Assembly: GCA_038087875.1 (NCBI GenBank)
Contig: CM075996.1
Coordinates: 1,180,001 to 1,244,000 of the forward strand
From: Malacoraja senta
Lineage: Eukaryota
Direction: 5' to 3'
DNA: 64,000 bases
Under the pieces are notes generated by a model that was not told the DNA's origin, ran no database searches, and worked only from the letters and a program-made list of their open reading frames with translations. Made by a program: the position numbers and the translations under genes. Of this stretch, positions 37,795 to 54,388 are shown in pieces. Numbering within the stretch: position 1 is the first letter of the stretch; each line of letters opens with the position of its first letter.

Positions 37795-38130
37795 TAGAGT
37801 GGATGTGGAGAGGATGTTTCCACTAGTGGGAGAGTCTAGGACCAGAGGTCACAACCTCAGAATTACAGGACGTTCCTTTAGGAAGGAGATGAGGAGGAAT
37901 TTCTTTAATCAGAGGGTGGTGAATCTGTGGAATTCTTTGCCACTGACGGCTGTGGAGGCCAAGTCAGTGGATATTTTTAAGGCAGAGATAGATAGTTTCT
38001 TGATTAGTAACGGTGTCAGGGGCTATGGGGAAAAGGCAGGAGAATGGGGTTAGGAGAGATAGATCAGCCATGATAGAATGGCAGAGTAGACTTGATGGGC
38101 CGAATGGTCTAATTCTGCTCCTATCACTTA
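37795..38130 (+). mobile_element. CR1/HER1-type LINE 3' fragment
   Basis: RMFPLVGESRTRGHNLRI..RRNFFNQRVVNLWNSLP; similar fragments at 39210-39630 (-), 59610-59940 (+), 60345-60805 (+), 17118-17313, 57230-57380. Confidence 0.88.
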
Positions 38131-38419
38131 TGTCCTTCGTGTTTATCAGGAGGAGGTTTGTATGCACGAGAGAGGGTCCCAGTGTGGATGTGTCTGGTCT
38201 TGATGTCACTGCCCATGGAGTATTGGCTGCAGTTATAGCCCCCTCCCTCACTCAAGGACGGATGTGCTTGTGCAGAGGGAGTGGGCCAAAGACCCATCAG
38301 GGATGGGGAATCCGCCGGGTGGATTAGCACCGTATTCTCCAGAGTTTAACAGAATGAGAGGGGATCTCACTGAAACAGACACAATTCCAAAACAAGACAC
38401 AAGGAACCGCAGATTTTTT

Positions 38420-38725
38420 TATTTAGTTTAGTTTAGAGATACAGCACAGAAACAGGCCCTTCGGCCCACTGGGTCCGTGCTGACCAGCGATCCCCGCATA
38501 TTAACGTATCCTACACACACTAAGGACAATTACTAAGCCAATCAACCTACAAACCTGCACGTCTTTGGAGTGCAGGAGGAAACCAAAGATCTAGGAGAAA
38601 ACCCACGCAGGTCACGGGGAGAACGTACAAACTCCGTACAGACAGCGCCCATAATTGGGATCGAACCCGGGTCTCTGGCGCTGCAAGCGCTGTAAGGCAG
38701 CAACTCTACCGCTGCGCCACCGTGC
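38420..38725 (-). mobile_element. HE1-like V-SINE
   Basis: Reverse-complement copy; further copies at ~42385-42610, 43720-43950, 51925-52197, 54915-55148 (+), 56530-56830, 58665-58970, 60165-60945 (split). Confidence 0.85.
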
Positions 38726-40274
38726 TGGAGATGCGGTTTTAGACACAAAGACAGAATGCTGGAGTAACTCAGCGGGTCAGGCAGCATCTGTGGAGAACAT
38801 GGATAGGTGACGTTTCACAGAGTGCTGGAGTAACTCAGCGGGTCAGGCAGCATATGTGGAGAACATGGATAGGTGACGTTTCTGGTCGGGACCCTTCTTA
38901 AAACGAATTGTGGTGGTGTCGGGGGGGAAAGCTGGGAATGAGTAGAGGCGGGACATAGCCTGGAAAGTGATAGGTGGATACAGGTGAGAGAGGTTTTGAT
39001 AGGTAGATGGTCAGACGAATAAAGACAAAGGTGTGAGATAAGGATAGAAGAGGTGAGAATTGTGAAGCCAGAGGAAGGAATAGAGGAAGGGTAGAGGGAA
39101 GGGGAGGTGGAAGGGGAGGTGAAGGGTAGAAGAACAAGGATGTTGCCAGGACTCGAGGCCTGATCTATATGGAGATGTTGGGCAGGCTAGGATTTTATTC
39201 CTTGAAGCAATAGACAATAGGTGCAGGAGTAGGCCATTCGGCCCTTTGAGCTAGCACTGTCATTCAATGTGATCATGGCTGATCGTCCACAATCAGTACC
39301 CCGTTCCTGCCTTCTCCCCATATCCCCTGACTCCGCTATCTTTAAGAGCCCTATCAAGCTCTCTCTTGAAAGTATCCAGAGAACCTGCCTCCACCGTCCT
39401 CTGAGGCAGAGAATTCCACAGACTCACCACTCTCTGTGAGAAAAAGTGTTTCCTCGTCTCCGTTCTAAATGGCTTACCCCTTATTCTTAAACTGTGGCCC
39501 CTGGTTCTGGACTCCCCCAACATCGGGAACATGTTTCCTGCCTCTAGTGTGTCCGAACCCTTAATAATCTTATATGTTTCAATAAGAAAACCCCTCTCAT
39601 CCTTCTAAACACCAGAGTGTACAAGCCCAGGTGGTCTCAACCCAAAACATCTCCTGTCCATGTCCTCAAGAGGTACAACCTGACCAGCTGAGTTACTCCA
39701 GCACTCTGTGTCCTTTTATGTATTAACCAGCATCTGCAGTTCCCTGTTTCTATATTTCACTGCAAGTGCCTCATTTTGATCAGTATTTTTGCATCTTCTG
39801 CCCCTGCTTTCTTTCATTCTTTATCTCGTCTGGTTTATACTCTATCTCATTTCCTAACGGTTCATTCATTCTTACTCCAGCACTAGGCGTCTCTTTCTCG
39901 TCTCCCCCTGCGTGAATGCCAAACACTCTCTGTGCACCCCGTTGTCTTTCTTCCAAACTCAGATCATTGTTTCTTCCCGCCCAATATCTGCCAGAAGCTT
40001 TGTGAAGGCAATAATTAGATCAAACATCTCACAGCTATAAATGTATATCTGCTGAACACCCAACGTGTTCAAGGCTTTCCCCTTTGTAGCCAGTCTTTTA
40101 GAAGATCTATTATTCTTGAAATCCTATTTTAAGAAACGCCCTCAATTTCCTTTATGCTCTTCCCTGAATCCCTGGAATAAGGTCAGCCGGTCACAGAGTG
40201 TCAGGTTTCCTACCTCATTATGTCCTGCTCCCTCTGTCATCTCCCCACTCTCACACTGACCCTGGAGACAGTCA

Positions 40275-40321
<47 letters not shown>

Positions 40322-40654
40322 CTCTCTCTCTCCCCTTGTTGCTCTTGTTTGGACAGTGTTTTAAGGTAAGACGGAATATTTTGTTTAATAGAACTAATCC
40401 TGGCCAATTAGTCCTTGATCCATGTTCTCCCTGCTCCTCTGCAGCTGGCATTGGGACTGATTGCAGGTCATGAGGAGATTGAGAGCCACCACCCCAGGGA
40501 TGACTTGCAGCAGAGCGGGGAATTAGATTCCTTGTTCTCACGGATGTTCCAGCTGTCATCCATGGGGATATCCAAGTGGAGTTTGCATGGGGTCAGTTGA
40601 TGTAAGTTTTGTTCAAGTATGTGCATGGACGTAATGGGCTGAAGGGCCTGTTCT

Positions 40655-41095
40655 ATGACTGAATATTGATTTCTCTAATTTCAAGTCACCCTTGCATCCC
40701 CTCCCTCTCCATCCCTCCCCCACCCGTTTCCCTTTCCCCTGAGTCTGAAGAAGGGTCTCGACCCGAAACGTCACCCATTCCTTCTCTCCAGAGATGCTGC
40801 ATGACCCACTGAGTTACTCCAGCATTCTGTGAAACGTCACCTATCCATGTTCTCCACAGATGCTGCCTGACCCGCTGAGTTACTCCAGCATTCTGTGAAA
40901 CGTCACCTATCCATGTTCTCCACAGATGCTGCCTGACCTGCTGAGTTACTCCAGCACTCTGTGTGAAACGTCACCTATCCATGTTCTCCACAGATGCTGC
41001 CTGACCCGCTGAGTTACTCCAGCACTCTGTGGAACGTCACCCATTCCTTCTCTCCAGAGATGTTGCCTGTCCCACTGAGTTACTCCAGCATTCGT
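40655..41095 (+). mobile_element. Penelope-like 3' end with hammerhead core followed by 66-nt tandem subrepeats
   Basis: NIDFSNFK-coding remnant at ~40662, CTGAAGA...GAAACGTC at 40745-40772, then units restarting at GAAACGTCAC 40831, 40897, 40965, ~41031. Confidence 0.75.
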
Positions 41096-42714
41096 TTTGT
41101 ATGGTTCTATGTGAGACATTTTTCCTTTGAATTATGACGAGTCGACTATTTTCTACATGGAGAGCGGATTCATAGATTGGAGGAGCAAAGGGACTTGGGA
41201 GGATTCCCAAAAGGTTCATTTACGTTGAATCTGTAATAAGGAAGGCAAATGCAATGCTAACATTTAATTCGAGAGGACTGGAATATAGGAACAGTGATGT
41301 AATGCTAAGCCTGTGTAAGCCACTGGTCAGGCTGCATTTGGAGTATTGTGAGCAGATTTTGCCCAATATCTGAGGAAGGATGTGCTGGCTCTGGAGAGGG
41401 TCCAGAGGAGGTCTATGGGAATGTAATGGCCTGTGGTGGGGGGAGTGGGGTCTCCCCTGTGGTGTGGGGGTCTCTCCCCTGTATCCCCTGTATCCCTCCC
41501 CCCCTCTGTCTCGTAAACTTCAGCGGGATTCCCGCCACTCCTGGGAAGTTTGCCAAGTTGTTGTGGACATCACGGCGTAACTCCCAGAGTTTATGTATAA
41601 ATCCTGCTGGTGAAATCCCAGCTGACGTTTTAACTGAAAGATAACATTGTAATAGTTACAAGTGCTCGCCAGATTCATTTCACTCGTCTTAATAATAGTG
41701 ACAAGGTTGTTGGGTGACCTTTAAACTCTCTGTTACATTGGAAAACGTTTCCAGCGCATACTTGTGGGATTAAGCAGTTCTTTCAAACCCGCGCTGGTTT
41801 CTCAGAATAGCCCCGAGGTTACAAGTTTGAATTCCCTATTGTGTTCCTGACCAAATGTCAAACTGAGAAAGGGGATTAAATGTCAGCCATTCCCATGCAA
41901 AAGACCATTGTGTTCATCACAGACCAGAAATATGATCGCACTTTGAAAAGGCCCAGCTGTCAGTAGTGTGGGCCAACCCTTACATGGAGTTGTTCCTCCA
42001 TTGTTGTGGCCACGGACAGCCAGCCAAGACTTGGGGGCCTTGAAAATAAACCAAGTGTCTTCTGAAATACCATCTGACTTTTATATTAAATCCCCGCTCA
42101 TTGTCCAGTCACTTAACCTTCTGACGGGGTTCAAAGTCATGCAAAGACATTGCCACCCTCTCCCACGCAACCCCAAGAGTCAGGGTGACAGATGCAGCAC
42201 AGGTTCTGTGTGTTGGGTTTACAGTGTCCCGTTCACCCCCCTTCTCCCCTCCCCTCTCAGCCACCGTGCACCCACTGCGTCCCAGCCTTTGTCCCCCCCA
42301 CCCCCACCCCCACCCGCCCCTCCCACAAACACTAGAGGCAGAAGGTGGTACAAGACTGGTTTACAATAAAACACACAAGGTGCTTTGTGATTAACACTGT
42401 CCTACGCACCAGGGACAACTTACAATTTTACCAAAGCCAATTAACCTACAAACCCGCACGTCTTTGGGGTGTGGGAGGAAACCGGAGCACCCGGGGAAAA
42501 CCCACGTGGGTCATGGGGAGAAGGTGCTGTACAAACCCCGTACAGACAGCACCCGTAGTGGGGATGGAACCGGGGTCTCTGGCGCTGTGAGGCAGCAGCT
42601 CTACCCGTGAATCTTGTAATATGTGTTAGTGCGGATTTATTCTGAACTGCGTGTCCATGTTGGTGAAGAGTTTCTCCATCTTGTTCTCTCTGCAGGTCAC
42701 TCCCAGGTTGCAGG

Positions 42715-42746
42715 ATGTCCGACATTGAGGATCAGGATGATTACGA
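42715..42746 (+). CDS. TNNT1: Troponin T first coding exon (exon starts at 42696)
   Basis: ctgcag| acceptor at 42695; ATG TCC GAC ATT GAG GAT CAG GAT GAT TAC GA|gtaggt = MSDIEDQDDY(E), like the acidic MSD.E N-terminus of TnT; position between DNAAF3 and PPP1R12C matches TNNT1. Confidence 0.78.
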
Positions 42747-44387
42747 GTAGGTTTCATGGATGAATCTTCTTCACCTCCCCATCGCCCCTCCCCATGTCAT
42801 CATGTTCTCTGATAGAAGGAGGCCATTCAGCCCATCGAGGCTGTGCCAGCTCTCAGGGCATTCCAATCAGTTCCATTTCTCATTCATCTCCCTTACATTA
42901 TTCTTTCCCACGTTCCCATCAACTCATCCCAATTCTCCTGCCACCCACCTACACCCAGAGTCACAGAGTGATACAGCGTGGAAACAGGCCCTTCGGCCCA
43001 ACTTGCCTACACCGGCCAACATGCCCCATCTACACTAGTCCCACCTGCCTGCGCTTGGTCCATATCCCTCCAAACCTGTCCTATCCATGTACCTGTCTAA
43101 ATATTTCTTAAATTTTGTGATAGTCCCAGCCTCTGGCAGCTTGTTCCATACACCCACCACCCTTTGTGTGAAAAAGTTACCCCTCAGATTCCTATGAAAT
43201 CCTTCCCCCTTCACCTTAAACCCGTCCTCTGGTCCTCGATTCACCCACTGTGGGCAAGAGACTCTGTGCGTCTACCCGTTCGATTCCTCTCATGAGTTTA
43301 TACCCCACTATAAGATCATCCCTCATCCTCCTGCGCTCCAAAGAATAGAGTCCCAGCCTCTCCCTGTTCCACCATGTCCACAGCCGTTGTCCCAGATCCC
43401 AGTCTGGTCACTGTTGGCCCAACATTGATACTGACCCCATCTCCAAGAATCACAGCCACAGCTTTTCTGCTTTGAGGAGAAGTTTCCATGAATCCCACCT
43501 CAGCAGCGAGTGAGCAAACTGCAGGAATGATGTTACTCAGTGAACAGAATGTGTCTGTTTCTGCTCCACAAGTCGCTTCCCATTCTCCACACCTTTTCCC
43601 GTCTCCCTCGAGACTGTGTTGCTCTCTCGCAGCCAGGGTCCCAGGTGCCAGGAACAGGCCGTGTCAACATCGGGCCCCTATCGCTCCTCCACCACAGCCC
43701 CTCAACCCTCGCCCACTTTGTAGTTTAGTTTCGTTAGTGAACAGACCCTCCGCGCCGACCAGCGATCCCCGCACTAGGGACAATTTACACTTACACCAAG
43801 CCAATTGACCTACAAACCTGCACGTCTTTGGAGTGTGGGAGGAAACCGAAGATCTCGAAGAAAACCCACGCAGGTTACGGGGAGAACGTGCAAACTCCGT
43901 ACAGACAGCACCCGTAGTCGGGATCGAACCCGGGTCTCCGGCGCTGTGAGGCATAAAGGATCATCTTGTACCCCCACCTTGGGTACTTTCACCCCATTTA
44001 GAGTGTGGCTTATCTGATCTGTGAAATACACTATTGATTACATTTGGTTCAATCCTCCAGATTTCAGCCCTAACTCAAGGAAACACCAGTGAAGGGAGAT
44101 GCCCACTTGGTAACCACAATGATATACTGGCATCTACATGATCAGTAGCTAGTTAACATGTAGGTAGCTGGCCCTTTGTTACATATGGGGCCATTTCTTG
44201 TACGTTAGGTAGTTAGATAATACTTTGGCTTTGGGCTTTGGCTTATCCTGGAGTTATAGCACAAGTACTTTTTTGTTTTAATTGTAATTCATTTGGATAA
44301 AATCCTTCTGATTTAACTATTAAAGCTTTTATGATTTTTTATGTTATATTTATTAACCAATTCCTTTTTCTCTCCATTCTCTGCCAG

Positions 44388-44401
44388 GGAACAGCAGGAA
44401 G
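44388..44401 (+). CDS. TNNT1: Troponin T 14-nt micro-exon (E)EQQE
   Basis: Long pyrimidine tract + cag|GGAACAGCAGGAAG|gtaggt; converts phase 2 to phase 1 as required. Confidence 0.78.
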
Positions 44402-44727
44402 GTAGGTGGCAGTTTATCCTGTGTTAATCTCCCCTGGAATAAATCCTGACCGTTGCATTTCGCGGTCGGGACTGGAAGTGTGTTTAATGATTTATTTATG
44501 TAGAAAACTGCAGATGATGAAAAATCTGAAATGTACAAAGTAAATGATGAAAATAGTTAGCGTCTGTGAGGTGATCATTTTAAACTTCTGCTCTCTGAAC
44601 TCAATAGCAATGCTGGGGCTGGGTACAACATGGGTGGCAGTGGGTGGGTGGGGGCGAGACTGTGTGTGGGAATTTAACCCTGTTGCTGCCACATGTTTAA
44701 TAACTGACTCGCTGTTTGCTGTCACAG

Positions 44728-44742
44728 GTGAGTCTGAGGAAG
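44728..44742 (+). CDS. TNNT1: Troponin T 15-nt micro-exon (G)ESEE
   Basis: gtcacag|GTGAGTCTGAGGAAG|gtatgc; symmetric phase 1-1, acidic. Confidence 0.65.
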
Positions 44743-44774
44743 GTATGCTGAGTGGTTACGGTCTGTGTGTGTCA

Positions 44775-45390
44775 CGCCCCCCCCCCCCCCCCCACGCAAC
44801 CCAGGTGATGCACAATCTCCTCCCCTCCACCCAATCCCTAACGCCCCATCCCACCCCACGCCCCCCCCACCCAATCCCTACGCCCTATCCCACGCCCCCT
44901 CCCACACAAACCCTAATGCCCCATCCCACCCCACGCCCCCCCCACCCAATCCCTACGCCCTATCCCACGCCCCCTCCCACCCAAACCCTAACGCCCCACA
45001 AACTCCACCCCACGCCCCTCCCACCCAAATCCTAACGCCCCACAAACTCCACCCCACGCCCCTCCCACCCAAACCCTAACGCCCCACAAACTCCACCACA
45101 CACCCCCCTCCCACCCAAACCCTAACGCCCCACAAACTCCACCCCACGCCCCTCCCACCCAAACCCTAACGCCCCACAAACTCCACCCCACGCCCCTCCC
45201 ACCCAAACCCTAACGGCCCACAAACTCCACGACACACCCCCCTCCCACCCAAACCCTAACGGCCCACAAACTCCACCACACTCCCCCCACCCAAACCCTA
45301 ACGGCCCACAAATTCAATCCCACCCAAACCCTAACGCCCCACAAACTCCACCCCACGCCCCTCCCACCCAAACCCTAACGGCCACCCCAC
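44775..45390. repeat. C-rich ~39-bp minisatellite containing AACCCTAA
   Basis: Unit CCCACCCAAACCCTAACGCCCCACAAACTCCACCCCACGCCCCT. Confidence 0.9.
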
Positions 45391-46088
45391 TCCACAAAGC
45401 CTCTTGTACCCCACTTACTAACTGTGATACAATGTGCTCGTGCTTTTGTCCAGTGTGTCTCTGCGCTAAAACATCAGATGAATTATTTGCTCGTTATAGA
45501 TTTGAGACATTGATTAACATGGTCACAGTTGTGCAAATATGAGGAAGGGTCACACCTGCTACATGCTGTGTGTGTAAACACTCACCTTGGCACAACTCCA
45601 CGAATCAGAGCCCCAAAGATCTGCTCAGAACTCACAGATATCAGTTCAGTCTAGTTTATTGTCACGTGTACCGAGGTACAGTGAAAAGTCTTTGTTGCGT
45701 GCTAACCAGTCAGCGGAAAGACAACACATGATTACAATCGAGCCACCCACAGTGTACAGATACAGGATAAGGGAATAACGTTTAGTGCAAGGTAAAGCCA
45801 GCAAAGTCCGATCAAGGATAGTCCAAGGGTCACCAATGAGTTAGATAAAGCTCAGGACTGCTCTCTGGTTGTGGTAGGATGAATTATTCCACCAAGTCCC
45901 CCTCAGCATGTTCCGAAAGGGACGTGAAAGGTGCTAAAGAAATGCAGGTGTAGTTCTTATTGATAAATCTCCCTCACCTCCTGTAGCCACACTGACCCCT
46001 GCCATTGCTGGGGTTCTGTCGTAGAGTCACCGACCTCTAACGCTCTCTCTTTCACCACCACGCTCACTCGCTCGCTCGCTACGTGAAG

Positions 46089-46112
46089 AGGAACAGCAGT
46101 ACGGTCAGGAAG
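46089..46112 (+). CDS. TNNT1: Troponin T 24-nt micro-exon (E)EQQYGQE
   Basis: CTAAC branch point, AG-free pyrimidine-rich tract, gaag|AGGAACAGCAGTACGGTCAGGAAG|gtgagt; phase 1-1. Confidence 0.68.
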
Positions 46113-46229
46113 GTGAGTGTCTGTATGAAACTCGCAACGCTGACAGAGTGAAGCAAATCAGTGTAACTGCTCCAGTCTGTCTGCTAATCAACAACTCCCG
46201 CAGAAACACATGCATGCTGGCATCGACTA

Positions 46230-51793
<5,564 letters not shown>

Positions 51794-52197
51794 ACTAACT
51801 CCAAACCCTCCCCTGTATAAACAAGACTCGGCTTCTAATGTTGAGACGTTTTACAGCAAGAAATGTTGGTGCTTTCTCAACCTGATCATAATTCATGATT
51901 TGCCTGTGATTGAGGTAGAGTGTAGAGATACAGCATGGAAACAGGCCCTTCAGCCCACAGACCCCATGCTGGCCACACGAGTTCTACACTAACCCATCCT
52001 ACACACTAGGGGGCAATTTACAGAGGGCCAATTAACCCACAAACCTGCACGTGTTTGAGATGTGGGTGGAAACCGGAGCACCCGGGGAAAACCCACGTGG
52101 TCACAGGTAGAACGTGCAAGCTCCACGCAGACAGCACCCGAGGTCAGGATTGAACCTGGGTCTCTGGCGCTGCGAGGCAGCAGCTCTACCCGCTGCG

Positions 52198-52397
52198 NNN
52201 NNNNNNNNNNNNNNNNNNNNNNNNNNNNNNNNNNNNNNNNNNNNNNNNNNNNNNNNNNNNNNNNNNNNNNNNNNNNNNNNNNNNNNNNNNNNNNNNNNNN
52301 NNNNNNNNNNNNNNNNNNNNNNNNNNNNNNNNNNNNNNNNNNNNNNNNNNNNNNNNNNNNNNNNNNNNNNNNNNNNNNNNNNNNNNNNNNNNNNNNN
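52198..52397. other. Assembly gap (200 N)
   Basis: Run of exactly 200 N; round size suggests a scaffolding join of unknown true length. Confidence 0.98.
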
Positions 52398-52854
52398 CAG
52401 CATACCATTGATCAGCACACAGTATATGAGCAAAACACCAAGTGCTGGAGGAACTCATTGGGTCAGGCAGCATCTGAGGTGGGAATGGACAGACGACGGT
52501 CCAAGTTGCGATCCTTCTAAAGTGGTGTCCTGACCCAAAATGGCATCCGTCCATACCCCCCCCCCCCACAGATGCTGCCTGGTCCGCCGAGTTCTCCAGC
52601 ACATTTGCATTTGCTCAACATCCATCATGTTTCTTGCATCCCCAGACAACCCAATGGTTTGTAAGTGTTAGCCAAGAGAATATTAATGGAAGGTTTACTA
52701 ATAATGGGGAGAAAATAATCACTTTTCACCATCTAATGGAATATACTAAAGAGCAGCAAGTTTACACGGCCACTTTGGAAAGGTTTTAAAAATATATATT
52801 TATCCATAGTTACACTTTCTAGAATTGTGTGTTTGTAGGGTGTATATACAAAAT

Positions 52855-53259
52855 GTGTAAGAAGGAACTGCAGATGCTGGTTTACACCGAAGATAAGACA
52901 CAAAATGCTGGAGTAACTCAGAGGGTCAGGCAGCATGTCTGGAGAAAAGGATTGGGTGACATTTCAGGTCAGGATCCTTCATCAGACTGATAGTCAAAGA
53001 GGGGAAAACTAGAGGTGTGGAAAGGTACAGGACAGATGAGAGCCTGCATCGATGATTCAGGAACGGTGGAGCTCACAATGGTCCATTGTTGGCTGGGGAC
53101 GAGATGATAACAAAGGAACACCAACAGTGAAATTAGCAGGAAGACTAGGATGGGGGAGGGATGGAGAGAGAGGGGATGCAAGGGTTACTTGCAGTTTGAG
53201 AAATCAATATTCATGCCGCTGTGTTGTAAACTGCCCAAGGGGAATTTAAGGTGTTGTTC
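52855..53259 (-). mobile_element. Penelope-like element 3' end: GIY-YIG C-terminus, 3' UTR, hammerhead-bearing terminal repeat
   Basis: 53259-53185 reads EQHLKFPLGSLQHSGMNIDFSNCK*, followed by CUGAUGA...GAAAUGUC (52985-52957) and the abundant GATGCTGCCTG..CTGAGTTACTCCAGCA segment. Confidence 0.75.
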
Positions 53260-53389
53260 AGCTGCCTGGCCCACTGAGTTACTCCAGCATGTCTATGCTT
53301 TCACAGTCAGTTTTGCTCGTATTATGTGGAAGCGACATGATAAATTGCCACACCAACATTGACACGGGAAGTTGAGTTTGAGGACTTAC

Positions 53390-53437
53390 AAATCTCTCCA
53401 GCTCCAGCCGTGCAGGCTGGTCTCCACGCTGCTGCCT
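53390..53437 (-). CDS. PPP1R12C: PPP1R12C (MBS85) exon, C-terminal coiled coil
   Basis: tttag| ... TTT|gtaagt on minus strand, 48 nt; RQQRGDQPARLELERF, resembling PPP1R12C RQERFAERPALLELERF. Confidence 0.85.
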
Positions 53438-53743
53438 CTAAACATGGACACAATGAAAACACCCGTCAGAAACACCCGTTGCACATCCCCAACACAGAGG
53501 TGCTACACCTCACACAGATTGTCGTTGCACAAGCAGCTACAACGTACATCTCTACACGGGGTAGGTAGTTGAGGGAGGATGAAGAGAGGAAGAGGGGTGG
53601 TTTTGGTTCATGACCTAAAATTGGAGGATTCATTGTTCATATCGTAGATACAAAAAGCTGGAGTAACTCAGCGGGACGGGCATCATTTCTGGAGAGAAGG
53701 AATGGGTGAGGTTTCGGGTCGAGACCCTTCCTCTCTCGCTCAC

Positions 53744-54005
53744 TCATTGTTCGACTATGTTGTGAACTACCTACGTGGAATATGAGCTACTGTTGCTACA
53801 GCTTGTGTGTGGCCTCACTGGCAATGGAGGAGGCCCAGGACAGAATGGAACGGGGAGTTAAAGTGAATAGCAACCGGGAGATCCAGCAGGCCCCTAGTGT
53901 TTGGCGACAAGGTCTAAGCCTGATCACGGTGATAGGGAACACCGGATGCAGTACATGTTAGAGGGGGTGCACATGAACCTCGGTCTCATCCTGTCAAACA
54001 CCGAG
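53744..54005 (-). mobile_element. Degenerate Penelope-like GIY-YIG endonuclease remnant
   Basis: Minus-strand fragments RFMCTPSN/YCIRCS, DLPVAIHFNSPFHS, VLGLLHCQ with frameshifts and stops. Confidence 0.7.
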
Positions 54006-54283
54006 GCAGATTTAAAGTGAGCATTCAAGACCACCGCTGGAGTGATGTGTCGAGTTTTGTTGGGCCATTATACAAGTTATGTTTGTGACCAAACAGCAGA
54101 GAGGCGGGTAACTAACATGCACACCAACAACTGGGACCAGGGCCGTAACGGCAGTGGGGCCTGCAACATCACCGCCCTGCGACCACGGCAGTGGGCAATG
54201 GGGCAGTGGGGCCGGCAATATCACCGCCCTGGGACCACGGCAGTAACGGCAGTGGGGCTGCGGGACCGGCAACATCGTCTTAC

Positions 54284-54388
54284 CTTCATCACCCTCTCCA
54301 GCTCACGGTTGGCCTGTGAGAGGTTATGCTGTGCATCTTGTAGCTGCTCCTTGAGCCTGACATTCTCCGACAACACCATCTCATACAT
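54284..54388 (-). CDS. PPP1R12C: PPP1R12C exon, coiled coil
   Basis: ttcag| ... AAG|gtaaga, 105 nt; MYEMVLSENVRLKEQLQDAQHNLSQANRELERVMK, matching MYPT-family LYE....EN.+L+..L. Confidence 0.88.

Noticed and set aside
44980..45380. Interstitial telomeric repeat
   Set aside because: CCCTAA occurs once per ~39-bp unit, never as tandem (TTAGGG)n.
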